Shown: positions 50,950-63,299 of the stretch, piece by piece
How the letters are laid out: the number at the start of each line of letters is the position of its first letter
Numbering within the stretch: the first letter of the stretch is position 1
DNA from: Octopus sinensis
Taxonomy: Eukaryota
Assembly: GCF_006345805.1 (NCBI RefSeq)
Contig: NC_042997.1
Span: 72,664,001-72,728,000 of the forward strand
Direction: 5' to 3'
DNA: 64,000 nucleotides
Position numbers and translations under genes: made by a program
Notes under the pieces: generated by a model
What the model was told of the DNA's origin: nothing
The model's input: only the letters and a program-made list of their open reading frames with translations
Database searches by the model: none

Positions 50950-52450
50950 GACAAAATAGCAATCTGGGGCAAAATGAGTAATTTCTGATTTCTTGTTATT
51001 TTTTATATAATTAGTTTGAACACATTTTATTGTATTTTACATTCTGAAACATTTTCAACTTTTATTTAAAATAAACCTCTTTTCTCTCTTTTATCGCATT
51101 TCACTATGAAGAAAAATCCAAACACCACAAGTGCATGTGTGAAAAACGAAATTAGAGTTTTGAAAAGATAGACATTTTCAGTGGTTTAAAATGTATAAAA
51201 GGAATATCTTTTATTAAAGAAATGTATAATGGGATGAAAAAAAGTATCACTTGTTTTCCCTTTTGCGTACCATATAACAATAGCTTGTCACAGAAGCACA
51301 CTGTTTCAAGTAAAATTAAATTTGAGGTAAATATCAGGTAAAGTAGAAATGAATATATTTTGTAATGCACAAAAAAATTCTTACAGCGTGGAAAAACTAC
51401 GAAAATATCTGGAAACAGGGCTTGGCGGAGGTAAAAGACATGGACCGCACCCCGCTTTCGTTTTATTTTTTTATGTTTGGCAGTGGCAAGTTCAACAGAA
51501 AACCGCTTTTTCGACTGCAAAGATTCCGAATCTGCAAAAAAAGATCGGCATTTCAAAATTTTAATTCAGCCAACCCCCACCCAATTTTTCATTTTTTTTA
51601 TTTTTAGAGAAATACGGAGATGATGATTCTGAAAAAAAATATTTTGTAAAATTTCCATATTCCAAAAATAAAATAAATAAATAAACACCCTTCCCCTCCG
51701 CTAGCGCATTTGTGACAGAAAATTAACATGTTGTGGTTGAGAGTCTCCTAAGTAAGAGAGGCAGTAAGAGAGGTATGTAAAAATTTGTTTTTTTGCATAC
51801 ACACACGACAACAAAACGACATTCTTTTTGACTTTTACTTTTTTGATAATTCGTATTTATAAAGTGGATCTTCGGTTTGGCTGTTGTTTCTAGCTTTCCG
51901 GCTGAAACGTACTTAAAACTTGAAGATTTTGACAACCTAAAAAACATGTTTTCAAAATTTTCATTTTCACCCCTCTTCACCCCTCTGGCAAAGAAAAATA
52001 GTGGGTGGGAGAAATTAAAATTTTGAAAACGTGTTTCGTCTTTTAGCTGCTGTTTCTAGCTTGTTGAGGTTTCTGTTTAGTTACAAAAAAAGCTGTACTT
52101 TTTGGCGAAATAGGTTTCGCCAAAAAGATTTCTAAAAGAAGTAAAAATTGGTGGAGTAATTAAAATTTTGAAATGCTGACTTTTTTGACAGATTCAGAAT
52201 CTCCGCAGTCGAAAAAGTAGGTTTCTGTAGAAAAAGCGCCCCTCGCCCGCCCCCTCCTCAAAATCCCAAATGTTGTGCGTTCCATGTGCTTTACCTCCTC
52301 CCAAGGCTTTAAGAACGTCATATAAACCTCTCATAACATTATATATATATTTTTGGAATTTCCAAACAATTTTTGCGAATTTGTATTTTACATACAGGAC
52401 TTCATACGATTATGCAAAAAAAAAACAAAACAAAAAAAATAATGAAGAGT
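50950..52450. repeat. Unclassified non-coding element with several internal inverted repeats
   Basis: ~51503-51590 vs ~52140-52220; ~51943-51962 vs ~52017-52036; perfect 13-bp stem at 52098-52127. Confidence 0.45.
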
Positions 52451-52859
52451 AAGGGTGCGTGATTTAAGGCTTATTTACTTGTTATTTTTAGTGCATCTCA
52501 CACCAACCTCCATGACAAAAAAACAACTTAAGTAAACAACACGGATTTTATAGTTTTAAGCAGTCAATATGCATTTAATGCGATAAACAGTACATTAAAA
52601 ATGAAATATTTCTCAAAATAAGAAACTTATAGCACAAAGTTAAGATTTATCCAAAAACAAAATAGCACATTACAAATTGAATATTTCTAAAAAGCAAACA
52701 TCTCCAATCTTAACTGGATAACGGAGCTAGTCCTCCGCACGGGTGTAGGACAAACTCCACCTAGGACAAAACCTCCTCGGACAAAACCCCCATAGAAAGT
52801 ATGAAAGTGGACAAAACCCCCTCGATTATATTTTTCGGTTATTTTTCATTCCCCCCCCC

Positions 52860-53200
52860 ACACACACTTTTATTTGTTTCAGTCATTTGTCGGTGGCCAT
52901 ACTGGAGTACTATGAAGATTTTTAGTTGAACGTGTCGACACCAGAAATTTATTTTCATTTTTACTTGTTGCAGTTATTAGACTGTGACCATGCTGGGGTA
53001 ACACCTTTTAGTCTTTTTAGATGACTGTATGGAACCCAGAATTTTTTTTAAAGTCAAGTCAAAACCATCTCAGTGATATATTTGGGGTTTTTTTGTGTTT
53101 TTTCCTTTGTACTTGTTAAATCATCAGACTATGGTAATGCTGGGGTATAGCTTTGAAGAATTTTTGTGAAATGTATCGAACCCAGAATTTTTGTTACGGG
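52860..53200 (-). mobile_element. Three degenerate SINE family A tail copies in tandem
   Basis: Repeated ttgtttcagtcattt / gaccatgctgg / tcgaacccagaattt-like blocks. Confidence 0.55.
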
Positions 53201-53269
53201 TTTTTCAACCAGCGCATGAAGTAAGAAACTCCAAAACCATGGTTTTGATGTATTTGAAGATTACCTTCT

Positions 53270-54587
53270 GCTAGCAATTTTGCTTTCATTTGTTAAAGAA
53301 CTGCGTGAAAATTCAGCCGACAGGATTGCACACTGAATCAGTAGCAAAACGTGTATGTAAATACATCACCTCAAATTATTCTGATGTTTCCAAATGCATT
53401 GTTACAAAGAAATTTGCAGAGGATGAAAAATTTAGGATAGAAGCTCTAAATCAAGTCTATGACTGCTTGATAATTCAGTTAAGCAAGAGGATGGAGCCAT
53501 ATGAGCAGATTGCGAAAAGGTTCAATTTTCTGTGATGAACAATTCAGAATTTGATGAAATTTGATGAACTTATATCGCATTACAAAGACGATATTAACCA
53601 CAAATTAATAAATGAGTGTTATCATTTCAAAGAGTATTTACACCTTAGGAAATCGCGGATCACAGAAGAAAACACACCATCAAAAATGCAATGCACAGAA
53701 GTTCTTCAGCTTATTTATGTTCCCTAATACTTTTTTCTACTCCTAGCACAAGGTCCGAAAATTTAGGGGAGGGAGCCAGTCGATTAGATTAACCCCAGTA
53801 CGCAACTGGTACTTAATTTATCGACCTCGAAAGGATGAAAGGCAAAGTCAACATCAGCGGAATTTGATAGTTCCTTAATATTACCACTGCACTTAAGCTG
53901 TACTTGTCAATGCCTACCACGAGCTGTGAAGCAGAAAAATATTTCTCAAAGCTTTATAAAGAATAAATTTCGGTCTACCATGACTGAAGAGCGCTTAAAT
54001 ACTTTATGCATGTTATATCTAGGAATGATATTGCAAGGAAGCTCTCATATGACAAAAATGTAAGGGAATACGTTGCTATAAAAAACAGAAAAAAGAGTAC
54101 TTTGTAATTTTCATATGTATCTTAAATATAAGATTAATATTAGATTATATCAACTGTGGTTTTTGTTATGTTTTATATCTTTTTTCTATGATGCATCATG
54201 CATGTATATAATACTTCCCTTATTTTCAACCCCCATGACTCTAAAAGTATAAGGCATACTCTGGAAAATATTTGTTTACACCAGTGACTTTGAGTATCAC
54301 AATCTGAAATGTAGTGCTTAAATTTGTAAATAAAATTGTGGCGATCTGCCATGGAACAACCAGCCACACCGACAAAGATATCGGTGATTACCCACACCTT
54401 GTTTCTGGTGGAAAGAGGGCTCACAATCAGACTCATTTGGGCTATCAGGGTCTCAAGGTTGGAGTTTCTTGCAAGAGCAAGAAAATTCTTTGACCCTTGT
54501 TGGATGTTATCATATTGTTGCTGGTTGTATAGGGAGCTCCCATAACATTTTAAGATTCAGGGCTCCAATATTGTAGGTCCACCACTG
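53270..54587 (+). pseudogene. hAT transposase 3' relic with dimerisation domain and probable right TIR
   Basis: FRIEALNQVYDCLIIQLSKRM; PNITTALKLYLSMPTTSCEAEKYFSKL; FRSTMTEERLN; end gtaggtccaccactg. Confidence 0.75.
53730..53867 (-). mobile_element. 5'-truncated SINE family B inserted in the hAT relic
   Basis: Flanked by near-identical gttccctaata (53719-53729) and gttccttaata (53870-53880). Confidence 0.85.
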
Positions 54588-56225
54588 CTCCCGTGGATAC
54601 TCACGGAAACATGCTTCCACCCCAAACTCCATCGCATCTTTTCGACGTTGAAATCACATCTTGCGAGAAGATTAAAAAAAGAAAAACAAAAGATATTTTT
54701 TTAAAAGCAATACTCAGATACATACGAATCCACAAAACGAAAACACACAGGAAAAATACTAGCAGACAGACACACAAACACAACAACGTCAACAAAACCC
54801 ACCCATCCCTAGTTTGTGCTGATAAGAAGTACGAAAAAATAAAAAAAAGACTGATATCCTGTATCATACAAAAGGAAAATTAGTTAAGTGGGAGCTGAAG
54901 GGTAAATCATCAACAACCGATGGTAGTTAACCCTGAAAGGGCTATTTTATTGCGATAAAACCTTGTAGTATTTTCTTTTAACATTTTATATTCTGAGTTC
55001 AAATCTAGCCAGGGTCATCTATGTTTTCCATGCTCCTTGGATCGATAAAATAAAGTACTATTCAAAAACTAGATCGATGCAGTCGACGAACATCCTCCCT
55101 TAAAATTGCTGGACTAGCTTTAAATTACAACTTATAAAAGTAAAATAAATATGAAAAAGCTTAAGAATTTGAGGAAGGAGTACAGTCGATTATTCAACTG
55201 CAGTGCTTGAATAACAATTATTTTATTGATCCAGGAAGGAGAAGAAAGAAAACTAAGTTAACATCGGCAGTATTTAAACTCGGAACGTAAAGAGATGGAG
55301 CAAGTACGGAAAGGCATTTTGTCTGACGTTGAAATGACTCAGTAAAAGATAATTAAAATACTTTTTACTGCGAAAAAAATTTGTGTGGAATGGAAGGAGG
55401 GAGTGTGAAAGAGAGAAAAAGGAGAGAAAAGATAAAGAAAGATAATTAGAGAGAAGAGAGGAAGAAAATGTAACTCAAAGCACGAAAATAAGTTTAGGAA
55501 AGTTTGTCAGAATATATAGTGGTAGATTAGATAGATTCAGGTTATCAGCAAAGTAGCAGGCCAAAATTAATGACTGTTGGTTCTATATTTAGTACAAAAT
55601 TTAAAAGATAGGTTTAGCTCTCGATACACTAACTTCCTGAGTTGATAATGATAAGAATTTTTTTTATGAATATCCACTATAAATGCAACTGTAAAATATA
55701 TGTTAATTTATTTAATGATGGCTATATGCATTATAATTTCTTCATTATAGTTAATTATATATTTTTTCAATGCTTTTCTTGCTCGGATTGAATTTAAAAT
55801 TATCCAAAATGTTTTCACTTCTTTCTATATATTTATTTGTACGAATTACGATTTTCGGTGGAATATGCAGGGAATAGAATTTTAATTTTTGTTAATGATC
55901 ATATTTGAGTTGAATGATAATATTTCAGTTGAAAACGTTCGAAATATCAACCCTTCAGTTTTTATTATTTAAGCATACAGTCGGTGTTCCTTTAAAATTA
56001 AATTATGGAACAAAGTGTAAGTCAAGTATTGATAGATATTACTTTACGACACCAAAATGGGATCATAAAACTAAAAGTTACAAAGTAAGTCCACTTTATA
56101 ATGTACTTAAATGACCTACATACTAAAATTATTAAAATATTACCGGCATCTTTTTACTAAATTATATGTCTTCAAGCATCTTACTGAGATCTTTTTCGGA
56201 TATCATAGCTTCGTTCTCAATATTA

Positions 56226-56430
56226 GGTGGTGAGCTGGCAGAATCGTTAGCACGTCGGGAAAAATGCTTAGCGGCATTTCTTACGTTCTGAGTTCAAATT
56301 TTGCCGAAGTTGACTGTGCCTTTCATCCCTTTCGGGGTCGTTAAAATAAGTACTAGTTGAGTCCTCGGGTCGATGTATTCGATTCACCTCTTCCCCGAAC
56401 TTACTGGCCTTGTGCCAAATTTTATTATTA
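56226..56430 (+). mobile_element. SINE family B, full length
   Basis: ggtggtgagctggcagaatcgttagc head, box B gagttcaaatt, tail ccttgtgccaaattttattatta. Confidence 0.9.
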
Positions 56431-56479
56431 TAATGGGCGTATGCCTTCAAAATGTCACTGGACTACAAATATACAAAGT

Positions 56480-56925
56480 CCAGACGTGTGTCTGATAAGG
56501 GCACACCAGGCACATGCATCACAACCATGTGTGCGCGACATAGTGTTCTCATATCAAGATAAACAGCACATGACCTTGAAGGTGGGGCCCAGTTAGAATT
56601 TTTTTCAGATCGAGTAGCCTATCCCGCTCAAAAGGTCCTTGAATAAGAATTGTTTAAGGATGTTGAACGTAACACTCATATTTCCAGAAGTGAATTATTC
56701 AAACTCCAAAGAATTCCTCTCAACACATGGCTATGATGCTCCCCCACTACTTCTGCTCGTGATCAGAGATGCACATATCGTCAGCCACTAAGGGACATGC
56801 TCAACTGGTTAAGGTAAAACAAATGACAAGCAAATCTGTGGGATATTTGCTGTAGCCCATCTTTTATACCAGGGCAAAATATGTACATGATAACACTTTC
56901 AATCAGTTAAGATCATAAGCCATGA
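56480..56925 (-). mobile_element. Partial, older copy of the 556-bp element
   Basis: Aligns with 60440-60890. Confidence 0.88.
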
Positions 56926-56952
56926 GAAGCAGTTTGGTATCGTATCAGAGTT

Positions 56953-56999
<47 letters not shown>

Positions 57000-59109
57000 T
57001 ATCATAATTTTCCTCATCATCGCTATAATCATAATCACGTTCTGTTGTTTCTCGGAATGAATGTTCTCCTCGGTTTAATTATGTGTCCTACCCTGGTCCG
57101 GAATGAAGATCATTTTCTACTTTCCATGTAAAAGTTTATTCTGCTCTTCGTATTTATTCTTACTTTGCATACAGGATTTTCTTTTTGAATCCCGAAAATA
57201 TGTTTTTTTACACCGCGCCTACTTCCCAGTTAGGATCAAGTTTTTCAAGGTTTATTCTCAATTTTTTCGTGAAAGATTTTGATAATAATCAGTAATTATA
57301 AATCAATAGAATATTCTACTTTCATTTTTTTTATTACTCATTTCTCAAATAGTCATTTCTTGTTGTTTACAGTACATTGTTTCTTCTTATGGAAGGCTCA
57401 TTGACATCTGATTTGTTGTGTTCTGTTATTCTTTCCATTTATATACGAGAATCCTGCAACAACCCCACATCATTATTTGCAACAGCTTGCATTTTTATTC
57501 CGAAAAAATGGCTGTAATACTTTTCTATTCATGCAAACGCTAATTTATTGCAAAGACTTCTAGTGAATGTTTGCAACAATCTTATCACGCCTATATTTTT
57601 TGTTTTCCTTCTCCGTTGAGGATATTCGATAAAATGCAAGCTATAGTCTCGCGTCTTTTCCAATATCGGTAGGAGATAAAAGGCCTCCTCTTAGATATTA
57701 GTTTGTTTTACGTAAAAAGTTATTTTGTGTTTACAGTCCATTCAGTATGGTTTTCCGTACTAGAGGAAACGTAAGAAGTACTAACAAGAAATGGAAATAC
57801 GCTAAAACATTTTTGTAAAAAATACACTACATGGAAACTAATTTAAAAAAAAAACCATAAATAGAACTTTATTTAAAAAATGATAAACGTTAAAAATGAC
57901 ATTGAAATAAATAAACTCTCAAGCACAGATATTCGTTATTTGCATCCCTAAATCTAAATTTGTTCGACGTAAACAAAAGTATGTACAACAACGCAAACTT
58001 TATATCATATTAACACCAATACCTTTGCTAGAATTATAAGGCAACGTGGAGTAGTTATATGTGGGTCTAATACACGTGGTTTCCCTAGTGATGAGAGCTA
58101 TTACAATGGAGATAATCATTTCTACATAATATGAAGTAAGAATAGGAATTTGAATTTGAAATTAAGATGTATTGAATAAACATATGTATTGTATTTGCTT
58201 ACTTATTACGAAGTTTTTAAATTTTTTAATCAGTGGTAATCACTATTTCATTCTTGTTAGAAATCGTCAGTATGATATAATCTGTGACTTATTAATCAGC
58301 CATTTTATGGAATGACACATTTTATTAAAGATGGAAATAATTACTGTTTGGGAAAAATTCGTGGAATGTACTTTTTTTCTTCTTCATAGAACGATAGTAG
58401 TTCACAAATCGAGAGAAAAGAGAGAACGTTCTTAGTGTTTACATACAGAATAATAGCTATTTCCAGGGGAATTCTATCTAGTGAAAATGTTTTATAGTAG
58501 CCAAAAGCGAAACTGCTATATCACTGATTCGCAATGATTGATGGAACTATATCTTGCTTCGAAAAGAGCAGTTAAATAAATCTTGCAATGATGTATAACA
58601 CAGTGTAAACTGTATAATGGCCATAAAAACTAATGACAATGAGAGAAAATAGGAGGAATGATGCATCACTCATTCGCCCACAAGCTTGTGCTGCAATACA
58701 TGAAAGGGCTCATCACAAGAGTCACAACAAGAAATATTGACAGCGATGTTTGAATTTTCACTTGTCATCACATTTACGGCACAGTAGAGGCTCATATTCC
58801 TACCAGCCCCACAATCACAGCCTGGACAACAGTGCTGCAGAAGCAGTAATGATAGAAGGGATCAGCCACACCAGAATAACGAATTAAAGATGAATCCAAG
58901 GAACACCTTTCCACAGAAACAATATAAGCAACATTGGCATATGCATACACAGTCCTCTTCACCGACACCTTCCTTTGAAGGGAGTCAAGAAAAGATATAA
59001 TAGCAAGAAAGTTTGACATAAAGAAAAATCAGAGAGCAGTAATTCACACCAGCAACAAGAACTAAACCAACAACCACCACCACCACCACTTGGAAAAAAT
59101 AACAAATAG

Positions 59110-59859
59110 GAAAAAAAAATAAAAATGTATACAAAGAAAATAAAAAGGAAGAAGGGAAAGAAAATTCACAGCGACAATTCTCTTCTCAATACGTGTGACG
59201 TACCAGTTGAGACAATCTTTTGCACTTCCTGCATGGATGGTAAGCCAGAGATCACTCTTAAATAATTTTCAGTTCCTTTTTTGATCATTCTAAATGATCC
59301 TACAATCACTGATATTGTAACCGTCTTGAAATGCCACATCTTTTTGATTTCGATTAGCAAATCTTTATATTTTCTGAGCTTCTCAAATTCTTTTGCCGAG
59401 ATATTATGGTCACAGTGTATGCTCATGTCAATCAATAAACAAACTTTATTGTTTTGGTCTTTCACAATAATATCTTTGCTTACTGTTCCTAACGCACCAA
59501 TTATTATAGGCACGACCATTACTGCTCGCATGCTCCAAATTCTTTCTATTTCAAATTTTAAGGGATTGTATTGTATTATTTTTCTTCATCTTTTTTTTTA
59601 CGATTCTGGGTTATTTGCTTTGCTGATCCGGTCTGTACATACTGGAAAGTCCCAAAGAATCGTTAAATTTTCTCCCTCAGTTACAAGCTCAACAAATGAT
59701 GCTTGTAACATTTGTCAGCAGTTTTGATTTTATAATGCCGACAAAATGTATCCAATGTAGATATTTTCCAACTCTGTCATGTCTTTATTTGTACTCTACA
59801 GGTGCTAAAATATTTCACCCAGAGATTAGGTGGTCCACTGTTTCAATCTCATCGTTGCA
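59110..59859 (-). mobile_element. 5'-truncated chimeric RLE LINE fragment
   Basis: CNDEIETVDHLISG; DIIVKDQNNKVCLLIDMS; interrupted by a foreign block at 59470-59609. Confidence 0.82.
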
Positions 59860-60108
59860 AATCTGTGGTATTGAGCAGAATATTTGCTGTAGTCAATTTT
59901 TATACCAAGACAAAACAATGTGCATGATAACACTTCCAATTAGTCAAGATGAGAAGCCATGAGAACCACTACCTGGTACTGCATCAGGGCATTGGTACTT
60001 CATTAGGACATTGGTACTACATCAGGACATTTATGGTACTATATCAAGGCATTTATACTGCATCAGGGCATTGGTACTTCATCAGGGCATTTATACTGCA
60101 TCAGGGCG

Positions 60109-60109
<1 letters not shown>
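59857..60109 (-). mobile_element. atgccctg end of the 556-bp element plus six 16-19-nt terminal repeats
   Basis: Repeats of tggtactgcatcagggcat variants at 59993-60109. Confidence 0.85.
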
Positions 60110-60169
<60 letters not shown>

Positions 60170-60170
60170 T

Positions 60171-60341
60171 CACTAGTTTTATTTTTATAGCGTGCTTTCA
60201 CTTCACTACCGAGCGCAGCTCTGTGTGCCTTGGGTATGTGCTGTGATTTGTTGTGATGCTCTGATGGTTATTGTATGGAAAGTGTTCTGCGTAGGATGTG
60301 TGCAGTGCCTAGTAGTGCAATTTTCTGTATGTTATATGTGT
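60171..60341 (-). mobile_element. Short 3' fragment of LINE family B
   Basis: Matches 39870-40040. Confidence 0.92.
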
Positions 60342-60359
60342 TTTATTATTATTATTATT

Positions 60360-60912
60360 GAGTGAGAGAACAGTGCATGCCATCAAAGTGACACTGGGGT
60401 AAAATATACGAAGCCCAATATACCCATCATGACTACCCGTCTGATAAAGGTACACCAGGCACATGCATCACAACCATATGTGCGCGACATGGTGATCTCA
60501 TATCAAGATAAACAGCACATGACCTTGCAGGTGGGGCCCAGTTAGAATTTTCTTCAGGTTGAGTAGCCCATCCCGCTCAAAAGGTCCCTGAATAAGGGTT
60601 GTTTAAGGATGTTGAAAGAACCACCCATGTTTCCAGAGGTGAATTATTCAAACCCCAAAGAATCCCTCTCAACACATGGCTATGATGCTCCCCCACTACT
60701 TCTGCTCGTGATCAGAGGTGCACATATCGTCAGCCACTAAGGGACATGCTCAACTGGTTAAGGTCAAACAACAGACAAGCAAATCTGTGGTATTGAGCAG
60801 AATATTTGCTGTAGCCCATCTTTTATACCAAGACAAAACAATGTACATGATAACACTTGCAATCAGTTAAGATCAGAAGCCATGAGAGCCACTGCCTGGT
60901 ACTGCATCAGGG

Positions 60913-60915
<3 letters not shown>
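60360..60915 (-). mobile_element. 556-bp TAA-flanked non-autonomous element, full length
   Basis: Reverse complement of 43943-44498; TTA tracts on both sides. Confidence 0.93.
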
Positions 60916-60984
<69 letters not shown>

Positions 60985-60987
<3 letters not shown>

Positions 60988-61063
60988 CAGCTGTTCACTA
61001 CCAGTGAAGTAAGATAACACTCCTTATTTTTGTGAGCTACTGCTAGGTACTGCATCAGGACAT
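60985..61063 (-). mobile_element. Mini-chimera: 25-nt end of the 556-bp element joined to family C LINE 3' UTR
   Basis: 61039-61063 matches the 25-bp unit with 3 mismatches; 60985-61038 matches ~41245-41294. Confidence 0.8.
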
Positions 61064-61283
61064 TTTATTATTATTATTATATTATTATATTATTATTATT
61101 ATTATTATTATTATATTATTATTATTATATTATCATCATCATCATTATTATATCATTATTATTATTATCATTATTATTATTATTATATTATTATTATTAT
61201 TATTATTATATTATTATTATTATTATTATTATATTATCATCATCATTATTATTATTATAATCATCATCATCATCATCGTTATT

Positions 61284-61361
<78 letters not shown>
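61064..61361. repeat. Degenerate (TTA)/(TCA)n microsatellite
   Basis: Directly visible. Confidence 0.95.
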
Positions 61362-63265
61362 TTGGTTTGACTCAGGTTCGGTTATTACTCTTGGTAGGAT
61401 TTATGTGGATAGTGGGTTACTACCTGTAACCTTAGGTATCCATAAGTTTTCAGCAGTCTTTTAAGTGCTTAGAACCCTCCGGATAATCCTTGCTATCCCT
61501 AAGAGACAAACTTTCTATAGGAGCTCTACCAAGCATTCTATTTCAATCTCCTTTAGTCATTTGTCTATATCTTTGCTTACTGTTCCCAACGCACCAATTA
61601 TTATAGGCACAACCATTACTGCTCGCATGCTCCAAATTATTTCTATTTCAAATTTTAAGGGATTGCATTACTTTTGCTTTTCTTCATCTTTTTTTTACGA
61701 TTCTGGAATAAAACGGGCATGATGGGTCGATAAGTAAGCAAATTCGCTTTTCCTTATCTATAATAGTTATGTCTGATCTATTACTTTCTAACTTCTTGTC
61801 CGTTTGTGGGTAAGTCTCACAAAATTTTACATTTCTCCGAATCCAGTACTCTTTACTCGGTGATTGTAGCATGTGTTTCCAGCTTCAAATCCCCATTTCT
61901 GGCACAGCTTCCAGTGTAAAACCTTTATAACCTAGTCGTTCCTCCATTTCTTATATTCTTCCTGTGCCAACTTGGGGCATTCTACCAAAATGCGTGCCAC
62001 TGTCTCGTTCCACCTTTTTCTAACTCATTCACTCCATATATATTTTTTCTCAAGTTGTTTGTTTTTGTCGCTTGATGTTGGGCTGCTACAATTAGACTCT
62101 ATGTTGCTTTTTTTAATTGCCCCTTTTTAAACCAAACCCAGGATTTTGTTCTTGATAAGTCTTCCGTCGCTCTCCAAAATTAGCCATGCAGTGTTTTCTC
62201 TTCGACCTGTCTGGCGTGCTCTCTTTGTATTTCATTCTTGTCCTTTTCTCCTATTACGCGCTTCATCACCTGCTCTTTATTGACTGTTTTTAATAGTTTG
62301 TCTGTGTTGCTCTGTAAATACTCTACTTTCCATATGTACACATTCTTCTACGGCTATTTAGTCTATTCCACCATGGTCTCTCCTCAAGTACAGCCGGTTG
62401 ATATCAGCTTTCGGATGGTGGGCTCTACACAACATCAACTACTTCTTAGTTTTTCTATCAAGTTTCTTTACATCGTTTTTGGTCCAGTCTATAATTTCAA
62501 CTCCATACTGCTCTTGAATTTATTGCTTCAATAAGAGTTTTGGAATTCAGTTTTGACTGCAATAAATTTCTTACTTTCCTTGTGTACTCCCTACAGGTAA
62601 TTCGTTTCATTTCTTCATTTTTATCTCGTCTGCTTCCAGTATTCCCAAGTACTTATACCACTGTCCTTTCTTAATCGCTCTCATTGTTTACCCATTTGGC
62701 ATTTCAATTCCCTAACTTCTTTCAAATCTTCCTCGTTTCATTTTCAACATAGCGCACTTTTCTATCCCAAATTCCGTACTTACGTCATTTGGGAAAACGT
62801 GGATAGCATGTACAAAACTTTCAAGCTGTGTTTCATTTTTCGCATATACCTTTATATCATCCATGAAAAGGAGATGATTTATTTGATCATTTCTTTTTCC
62901 CAAATGGTAAGCAATTTTAACTTTCCGTAATATCATAGTGAGCGGTGTCATGACCAATACGAATAGTAATGGAGATAAACTGTCACCTTGGAGTATTCCA
63001 CGTCTGATTTTCACATTTTCTCAAGTATTCCCAGATACTTCTATCTGGGCATATCTGCAGGTATTTATTCAAGTTCAATTACCTTCATCTTTTCACCACT
63101 TGGATATGCCTTCTATCCTAACATACATATGCCTTCTATAGTTTCCTCGTCTCATCACCATCGTAGCACATTTTGAGAGTCTAAAGTCCATCGTGTTATC
63201 ATTCGAAAAAATCCGCACAGACTGGACTAGACTGTCAAGTTCTGCCTCATTTTTGCGAATAACTT
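61362..63265 (-). mobile_element. 5'-truncated RLE LINE, family E
   Basis: ILQGDSLSPLLFV, FMDDIKVY, SNRSDITIIDKEKRICLLIDPSCP. Confidence 0.88.
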
Positions 63266-63299
63266 CAAGTCATATTATTATTATTATACGCTTGGCTTT

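Larger units (their letters stand above)
55929..58135 (+). other. Cluster of candidate short host exons (55929-56084, 57175-57249, 57737-57770, 58089-58135)
   Basis: Pyrimidine-rich AG acceptors and GTAAG-type donors around open frames; no recognised homology. Confidence 0.25.

Noticed and set aside
54606-54660. Minus-strand 55-nt exon (CDFNVEKMRWSLGWKHVS) with GTGAGT donor
   Set aside because: Weak AAG acceptor and no partner exons found on that strand
58792-59019. 75-aa minus-strand ORF, with a Cys-rich alternative frame
   Set aside because: No recognisable domain, an in-frame stop in the Cys-rich frame, and no convincing splice pair; left unexplained
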